Shown here: in pieces, positions 58,000 to 64,000 of the stretch
Layout of the letters: each line of letters begins with the position of its first letter
Position numbering within the stretch: position 1 is the first letter of the stretch
Assembly: GCA_965222375.1 (NCBI GenBank)
Contig: CBDCTZ010000016.1
Coordinates: 1,312,001 to 1,376,000 of the forward strand
Direction: 5' to 3'
DNA length: 64,000 nt
Source of the DNA: Polyangiaceae bacterium
GTDB lineage: Bacteria > Myxococcota_A > Polyangia > Polyangiales > Polyangiaceae
Notes under the pieces: model-generated
Told to the model about the DNA's origin: nothing
The model's input: the letters and a program-made list of their open reading frames with translations, nothing else
Database searches by the model: none
Made by a program: the position numbers and the translations under genes

Positions 58000-59385
58000 G
58001 TGAACGTCATCTATCGCAAGGGAACATGGGCCTGCGCCGCTGCACTCGCCCTGTCTATGCTCGCCTGTTCGTCGTCCGACGATGAAAAGTCAGAACCGAA
58101 GGTGCCCCGACCCGACGATGGCGTCGCGACTGCCGCGAGAGAAGCGTGTGAGTTCGCGTCCGGAGCGTTGCCCCAAGACACCTTGGGTGCATCTGACCGA
58201 ATCGGCAAATCGATCCCCGTCGACCACATCTTCGTGCTGATGATGGAGAACCGCAGCTTCGACCACTACTTTTCGAAGCTGCCTGAATACGGTGTGACGG
58301 ACGTGGCCGTCGCCGACGCTAGCTTCACGAACCTCGATCAGAACGGCCAGGCCGTAGCCTGGTACCACGAGACCGAGTACTGCATCGAGGATCCGCGGCA
58401 CAGTTGGAACAACAGCCACGAGCAGTGGGCGGCGGGGAAGAACGACGGTTTCGTGCTCAACAACGAACCCGACGGCGCGCGCGCCATGGGCTACTTCGAC
58501 CACACAGATCTGCCCTTCTACTACGAATTGGCTTCGCAGTTCGCGATCGGGGACCGCTACTTCTGCTCCATGCTTGGGCCAACCTGGCCAAACCGCATGT
58601 ACCTATACAGTGGTTCCAGTGGTGGCCTTACTAAGAACACTCTGCCTTTGGACGTGAAGACTCCCAACATCTTTGCCGCGCTGATCGACAAGGGTGTGGA
58701 GTGGAAGACCTATCGATCCAACTTACCCCCGGCAGCGATGTATCTCGAGACTTGGCTGGAGAGCACCAAAGGCTGCTCAGACCCAGAAAACGGTCCGTGC
58801 CGCCTGGCAGAATTCGAACAGCTGATTCCCGATCTCGCAAGTGGCGACGTGCCCCCAGTCACCTTCATCGAGCCGGAATACAGCACTGGCATCTACGAGA
58901 CGAGCGAGCACCCCCCGGCCAATCCACACCACGGACAGAATTTCGTGTGGCGAGTCGTAGACGCGCTAACCAAGAGCCCGGTGTGGGGCCGTTCGGTGCT
59001 CTTCATCACCTACGACGAGCACGGCGGGTTTGCGGACAGCGTGCCACCGCCAAAGGCGTGTCACCCCGGGGACAGAGATCCCGACGACACCAGCAAGGGC
59101 ACCTTCGATCAATACGGCTTCCGTGTCCCGTTCATCGTGGTTTCGCCCTTTGCCAAGAAGGGCTACGTGTCTCACATCGATCGGGACCACACGGCAATCC
59201 TGCGCTTCATCCAAGCCAAACACGGCATTGGTGCCTTCACGAAGCGGGACGCGAACTCCGACGCCCTCATGGACATGTTCGATTTCGCGCAGCCCCCTCA
59301 CAAGAGCCCACCTGCGTTCGTCGAGCCCAGTATCGATCCCGCAAAAGTCACGGAATGTGAGCAGGCGTTCCCGGGCGGCAAGTAG
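58000..59385 (+). CDS. Phosphoesterase family (non-haemolytic phospholipase C/AcpA-like) lipoprotein
   Basis: MMENRSFDHY, GPTWPNR, SEHPP, TYDEHGGF, GFRVP...SPF, DHTAIL. Confidence 0.93.
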   Translation: MNVIYRKGTWACAAALALSMLACSSSDDEKSEPKVPRPDDGVATAAREACEFASGALPQDTLGASDRIGKSIPVDHIFVLMMENRSFDHYFSKLPEYGVTDVAVADASFTNLDQNGQAVAWYHETEYCIEDPRHSWNNSHEQWAAGKNDGFVLNNEPDGARAMGYFDHTDLPFYYELASQFAIGDRYFCSMLGPTWPNRMYLYSGSSGGLTKNTLPLDVKTPNIFAALIDKGVEWKTYRSNLPPAAMYLETWLESTKGCSDPENGPCRLAEFEQLIPDLASGDVPPVTFIEPEYSTGIYETSEHPPANPHHGQNFVWRVVDALTKSPVWGRSVLFITYDEHGGFADSVPPPKACHPGDRDPDDTSKGTFDQYGFRVPFIVVSPFAKKGYVSHIDRDHTAILRFIQAKHGIGAFTKRDANSDALMDMFDFAQPPHKSPPAFVEPSIDPAKVTECEQAFPGGK

Positions 59386-59476
59386 TTGGTCTCCAATCCG
59401 CGGCTCAGGGAGTTTTGGGGGTGGGGTCGGTTCACTGTTCGAGAATGGGGCACTACTCCCGCTCAGGTGCCCCCGT

Positions 59477-59518
59477 GCGAGATTAGCGACCCAGAGACGA
59501 GCAGGTACGCGACCCCAA
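59477..59518 (-). promoter_or_regulatory. Bipartite motif copy 4 (TTGGGGTCGCG-N21-CTAATCTCGC)
   Basis: Plus strand GCGAGATTAG-N21-CGCGACCCCAA; no protein gene follows on the minus strand. Confidence 0.65.
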
Positions 59519-59522
59519 CCAA

Positions 59523-59717
59523 TCAGCGGCTGACTAGTAAGTCCCAGCGCCCACTCTTGCGGGGAATCAGGCGGGCACGAAGCCGAGGGACTGGAGCGAA
59601 AGTCGACGAATTGACACAGGCGTCAGCATCTTCGCGCCTATTCGACACACGGCTGTAGGTGCCCGACGGCGGTGGGGCCAGCGTTTTTGCGTTTGGTTTC
59701 GGCATCTTATTCTCCAT
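59523..59717 (-). CDS. Small hypothetical protein
   Basis: 64-aa ORF with a purine-rich upstream region; no recognisable motif. Confidence 0.35.
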   Translation of the reverse strand: MENKMPKPNAKTLAPPPSGTYSRVSNRREDADACVNSSTFAPVPRLRARLIPRKSGRWDLLVSR

Positions 59718-59797
59718 CGGAGAGTCCCTTTCCTCGGGGCGAATCCAGTACGGAGAACAAGAGAGCAAACCTCGTGCCTGGCGCTGCCAGGCTCACG

Positions 59798-60514
59798 CTA
59801 GTCGGCGTTGGTCACGACCAGGATGTAGTAGCCCTGACCCGTGCCATCGAGGGGGCTGAAGGTGACGGTGGTGCCGACCATGGTGATGGCTCCGCCCGCA
59901 GGGACCTTGATGTCGAGGATCTCAGAATCAACCGCGTTCAGCGTGTTCGGTATGTCGTCGTTCACCGCCAGACACTGCTTGGCATCGCTGGGGATCCCCA
60001 TCCCGGAATAGAGAAACAAGTAGGGGTCGTCGAGGGCGGGTTCACCCTTGGGGCCCGTTTGGGAGAGCATCTCGAAGCTGTAGGTGTGCTCGACGCTGTC
60101 ATTGTTGCAAAACGCGTATACGACCTGAGGAACGTCCGCCGCATTAGCTGGAAGCAGTGCGGTCGCCGGGCAGACCGGGGGGTCATCGTGAGGTCGCTTC
60201 CACATGTTGCTGGTCGTTGTGAACGTGCCGTCGATGGCCAGCGGGATGTTCGGGTCATTCGAAAAGTCGAAGCACTTCAAGGTCCCCGCATCGGCACCGC
60301 TGGCGCCCCCGCTTCCGCCGGTGGCGCCCGAGTCTGCGCCACCACTGGCAGAGCTTCCGCCGAGGCCTGCATCCATCCCAGCGCTTCCGCCTGTGTTGCC
60401 GCCGCTACCACCGGTCCCACCGCTGCCTCCGCTTGCGGGGCCTCCGCTACTGTCGTCGGAGCTGCAGCCGGTGAGCGAGACGAGGAGCAACAAGACGATT
60501 CCGCGGGAGATCAT
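59798..60514 (-). CDS. Lipoprotein with PPC/DVUA0089-like domain
   Basis: Lipobox LTGC, Gly linker, DPYLFLY...CLAVNDD...DSEI. Confidence 0.72.
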   Translation of the reverse strand: MISRGIVLLLLVSLTGCSSDDSSGGPASGGSGGTGGSGGNTGGSAGMDAGLGGSSASGGADSGATGGSGGASGADAGTLKCFDFSNDPNIPLAIDGTFTTTSNMWKRPHDDPPVCPATALLPANAADVPQVVYAFCNNDSVEHTYSFEMLSQTGPKGEPALDDPYLFLYSGMGIPSDAKQCLAVNDDIPNTLNAVDSEILDIKVPAGGAITMVGTTVTFSPLDGTGQGYYILVVTNAD

Positions 60515-60594
60515 GACCGCAGAGACTAGCAGCTTCCTCTTGGGATTGCGGTGAAACCCCTCGCGCCGTCGCGATTTGATGTAAGTCACGAATC

Positions 60595-61806
60595 ATGCAA
60601 CCGCCTCAACCCGCACACGTGCTCTGGGCGACCGGCGCGGCGTATGCGCTGGTTGTTGTGCTGGGCTGGGTGTTGCGTAGCCGCACCTACGCGATCTTCC
60701 GAGCAGTCACGTTGGGCGTCTACGGGCTCATCTTTGCAGGTGTTGTGCGGGCCTGGCTGGCTACGCCTATCTGGCCGCTGGTGCTGTACCTGCATTCGAT
60801 GGTGTTCATGCACTCGGTGCTTCTCGCGCGACCCCGAATGCGCTCCCTGGCCTATCGCGCCCTGATAAGCATACCGCACTCCTTTTTCGCCGCGACGGTT
60901 CTGCTCTCGCTGCCGTGGGCCGTCTTGGCGGCGCTTGGGGTCTTCCCTTTCGGTTTCTGGATACCCGCCGTGCTGGCCTCTGTGGGTGTCTTCCAGAGTC
61001 TTCGTACTCGACCGACCGAGGTCGACTTGGTCATCGGGGACGAGCCCGCGGGCGCCCTTGCTCGAAGGTCGCATGGAGATTATCGCGAGAAGCGCCCGCT
61101 CTCTTTCGTGCAGATCACGGATCCACATCTGGGGCCGTTCATGAGTGTGGCGCGGCTGCGTAAGATCACGGAAGCCGCGGCCGCGCGGCAGCCGGACTTG
61201 GTGCTGTTGACCGGGGATTATCTGACCATGGAATCCCACTCCAAGCGCGAGCACTTGGGAGACGCTCTGATGCCTCTGCGAGCGCTGTCGGGGCGCGCTT
61301 TTGCGTGCTTCGGAAACCATGATCACGAAGCGCCGGAAACCGTGCGGGCCGCTATGTCAGCCGCCGGAGTCACGCTTCTCGTGGACGATGCGGCGGTCGT
61401 CGAGACGGCCGCCGGTGCCGTCCAAATTCTCGGCATGGACTATCACTACCGCGACCGGCGCAAGCGAATGGATAAGGTAGTGGCAGCTCATCCGCGCTTG
61501 TCCGGTGCCCTCCGCCTCGTGCTGCTTCACCACCCGGGCGCGTTCAGGCACCTGGCAGACGGTGAAGCAGATCTCGTGCTCTCCGGACACACTCATGGTG
61601 GGCAGGTGGGATTCCTGAGCCTGGGGCTGCACGTCACGTTGCTTCGCCTGCTGATGAATAGCCCCGACCACGGCTTCTGGGCGTTGGGGCAGAACCGCCT
61701 GTATGTCCATCGAGGCACTGGTCACTACGGATTCCCGCTTCGGATCGGAGTCCCGGCGGAGGAGAGCCTAGTGCGCGTTCATCGTGCCCAAGATTCGAGT
61801 CACTGA
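60595..61806 (+). CDS. Membrane calcineurin-like metallophosphoesterase
   Basis: TDPHLG, TGD, GNHD, LLHHP, SGHTHGGQ. Confidence 0.93.
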   Translation: MQPPQPAHVLWATGAAYALVVVLGWVLRSRTYAIFRAVTLGVYGLIFAGVVRAWLATPIWPLVLYLHSMVFMHSVLLARPRMRSLAYRALISIPHSFFAATVLLSLPWAVLAALGVFPFGFWIPAVLASVGVFQSLRTRPTEVDLVIGDEPAGALARRSHGDYREKRPLSFVQITDPHLGPFMSVARLRKITEAAAARQPDLVLLTGDYLTMESHSKREHLGDALMPLRALSGRAFACFGNHDHEAPETVRAAMSAAGVTLLVDDAAVVETAAGAVQILGMDYHYRDRRKRMDKVVAAHPRLSGALRLVLLHHPGAFRHLADGEADLVLSGHTHGGQVGFLSLGLHVTLLRLLMNSPDHGFWALGQNRLYVHRGTGHYGFPLRIGVPAEESLVRVHRAQDSSH

Positions 61807-61839
61807 GATTTCACGCCAGCCCGTGGTATTTGGGCCGGC

Positions 61840-63051
61840 ATGAAAAAGTCGCTTAAGTCCCGAGTCTCCGGCGCTCCCCGCGTGCGCCCGGCTGCCATCA
61901 CCGGGAAGGAACGGCCCCACGACCTGCTTAACGAGAAGTTCCCGGCCTTTGCTGGGCGGCAGGTCCGCGAAGCCTACCACCTGATGCAGGCGACGGTCCG
62001 TGAGAAGGCTGCAACGTTTCTGACTCTCAGCGGCGCGATGACCCCCGCGGGGATCCATTCTTCTTGCATCAACCCGTTGATCGAGCGTGGCCTCATCGAT
62101 GCAATCACGACGACCGGTGCGAATCTGTACCACGACGCTCACCGTGTGATCGGGCACGCAGTTCACGAGATTGATCCGAATTCGGGAGATTTGGAGCTTC
62201 GGAAGGCGCGCTGCATCCGCATCTATGACCTCGCGTTTCCCGAGCAAGCTTTACTGGACTGCGATCGTGTTTTCTCGGCGATGTTGCGCAAGCCCAAGTT
62301 CCAAAAGCGCATGAGTACCGCGGAGCTGCACCGGTTGCTCGGCGAAGAGATGCACATTCTCGAAAGCGCCCTCGGTGTAAAAGAACCGTCGTTGCTATCA
62401 ACCGCCTTTCGTAACAAGGTGCCGATCTACGTAGGAGCGGTTCAGGATGGTTCGATCTTCTTGAACGTGGTCAAGCTGCGGGCATTGCTTGGGGACGAGT
62501 TCAAATGCGAGGTCGACCCAATTTTGGATGTGTACGAGATGAGTGCTCTGCAGCACTACTGCCAGAAGAACCTCGGCAAGAAGCTTGCGGTGTGGATGTT
62601 GGGTGGCGGAGTGCCCAAGAACTACACGCTCCAGGGTGAACCGCTCCTGGGGCAGATCTTCGACATCCCCACGCGAGGTTTTGACATTGACGTACAGATC
62701 TGTGTCGATGTTGCGGACAATGGGGCGCTTTCGCCCGCAACAGCTGCAGAAGGTCACACTTGGGGAAAGACGAGTGCCGAAAGCGTGCAGACCGGAAGCG
62801 TGTACTGCAGAGCCGACGTTACCGCAGTGATGCCCTTCATTTCGCACGCCCTGCTGAGTGACCCGAAGATGAAGAAGCGAGGTCTTGGGCTCGCCGGCCA
62901 CCTGGAACGTGCCCATGCCGCGCTGGACAACGAGGTGAAGAAGCGCCGCAAAGCGTTGCTTCGAACCCTGGATTTCGACGCGGTTTCGCGGCCAAAGCAA
63001 CCACGAAAGAAGCAGGCCGCCGCCAAGAAACGACGCGCCAAGCGACGTTGA
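61840..63051 (+). CDS. Deoxyhypusine synthase-like protein (possible homospermidine synthase)
   Basis: LSGAMTPAG, TTGANLYHD, DGSI, GGGVPKN, NGALS...EGHTWGK, DVT. Confidence 0.9.
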   Translation: MKKSLKSRVSGAPRVRPAAITGKERPHDLLNEKFPAFAGRQVREAYHLMQATVREKAATFLTLSGAMTPAGIHSSCINPLIERGLIDAITTTGANLYHDAHRVIGHAVHEIDPNSGDLELRKARCIRIYDLAFPEQALLDCDRVFSAMLRKPKFQKRMSTAELHRLLGEEMHILESALGVKEPSLLSTAFRNKVPIYVGAVQDGSIFLNVVKLRALLGDEFKCEVDPILDVYEMSALQHYCQKNLGKKLAVWMLGGGVPKNYTLQGEPLLGQIFDIPTRGFDIDVQICVDVADNGALSPATAAEGHTWGKTSAESVQTGSVYCRADVTAVMPFISHALLSDPKMKKRGLGLAGHLERAHAALDNEVKKRRKALLRTLDFDAVSRPKQPRKKQAAAKKRRAKRR

Positions 63052-63054
63052 GGG

Positions 63055-63075
63055 GAAGCGGCTCTCGACCGCTTC
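63055..63075. terminator. Hairpin between convergent genes
   Basis: GAAGCGG-CTCTCGA-CCGCTTC. Confidence 0.5.
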
Positions 63076-63077
63076 GG

Positions 63078-63875
63078 TCACTCTGCTGTCAAACGACGGA
63101 TCTCTTCCTGAATCAGAGTTTCCGCGAGTTGCGGCACGACTTCCCACACGACTTGCTCGACCACCTCGCGTGAGAGCGCGAGGACGCCGTCAACTTGCTC
63201 CGGCGATAGGCCCAAGTCCGCCAGTTTGCCAGCGAGGGCGCCGTTGCCCCTGGTTGCTGCTGCCGCGGCGGCCGCGGGGGCGGGCGCAGGAGCGGCGGCC
63301 GGGGCCGGTGCGGGCGCGGGCGCTCGAGCGGGGGCGGGCGCTGCTGGGGCGGGTTTTGGCGTCGAGGGATGGCCGCCGTACGCTTGAGTCCGCGCCACGC
63401 TTGGCGCCGCAGCCACGGGTTTTGGCGGAGCCACCGGGGCTGGCGCTGGAGTTGGAGCCGCAGCCGGCGCCGCGGCGGGTTTTGGTGGAGGTGCTGCCGC
63501 GGGCGCCTCCGCAGCCTTGCGCGCCACTGCGCCGGTCTTGTCCAGCAACTGCTGGGTGTCGAACGGCTTGTCCATGAAGTCATCAGCGCCGACGCCGGCG
63601 CCCCGCCCCTTGTCGTAGGGTGCGTGCTTGCTGCTCAAGATGATCACGCCCGTGCCGGGAGCTTCACTCTTGATGCTTTGGCACAGGTCGTACCCGCTCT
63701 CAGAGCCGAGGGCGGCGTCGACCAACGCGACGGCGGGGCTCTCAGCCCTCAGGAGTTCAAGCGCTTGCTGAGAGTTTTCGGCGAGGACGACTTTGTAGTC
63801 TTCCCCCGCGAAGGTGATCTCCAGCACCTTGCGCATCGTCTTGCTGTCATCTACGGCCAGCAGCGTGGTGGTCAA
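63078..63875 (-). CDS. romR: RomR-like polarity response regulator
   Basis: Receiver LLAVDDSKTMRKVLEITF, Pro/Ala-rich linker, conserved tail SREVVEQVVWEVVPQLAETLIQEEIRRL; TTG start with AGGAGG RBS. Confidence 0.85.
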   Translation of the reverse strand: MTTTLLAVDDSKTMRKVLEITFAGEDYKVVLAENSQQALELLRAESPAVALVDAALGSESGYDLCQSIKSEAPGTGVIILSSKHAPYDKGRGAGVGADDFMDKPFDTQQLLDKTGAVARKAAEAPAAAPPPKPAAAPAAAPTPAPAPVAPPKPVAAAPSVARTQAYGGHPSTPKPAPAAPAPARAPAPAPAPAAAPAPAPAAAAAAATRGNGALAGKLADLGLSPEQVDGVLALSREVVEQVVWEVVPQLAETLIQEEIRRLTAE

Positions 63876-64000
63876 AGGGCCTCCTGGGACATCGAAAAAA
63901 CCGTGGCGATCATGGCGGCCCACGCGGAAAAGTGTCAAGGATTTCGCGGCTCCGGCGACAACTTGGTGCTGGGCCAACTATTACGCCCTCCAGGCAGCTG

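Noticed and set aside
60541..60580. Possible fifth copy of the bipartite motif
   Set aside because: Both boxes are degenerate (GATTGC, CGCGATTT) and the spacing is off by one

Overview
GC-rich bacterial chromosomal window that looks like Myxococcota, most likely Polyangiales-type. The evidence is Ser/Thr kinases, an FHA-sigma54 activator, MYXO-CTERM-like anchors, many Gly-linker lipoproteins and a RomR-like polarity regulator. It holds about 60 genes: core ones (valS, a three-subunit pnt transhydrogenase, tRNA-Leu(TAG), romR-like, a deoxyhypusine-synthase-like gene) among accessory signalling and secreted-protein genes. I saw no CRISPR array, transposase, integrase, reverse transcriptase or prophage. 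Main observations: (1) a bipartite motif GTCGCR-N21-CTAATCYCGC with invariant spacing occurs four times between genes, three times upstream of protein genes and once upstream of a candidate small RNA; (2) two tandem surface-anchored peptidoglycan hydrolases (SpoIID-like and M15) carry different catalytic heads on a shared Cys-rich repeat stalk; (3) an uncharacterised alpha/beta-hydrolase-like family is present twice, once fused to LysM; (4) two ECF/anti-sigma modules, plus a 19-aa disulfide-loop motif shared by a kinase and an anti-sigma factor; (5) a tRNA 3'-end duplication scar; (6) a tetO-like double operator; (7) many frameshifted or truncated accessory genes. All family calls come from reading motifs by eye; no searches were run.
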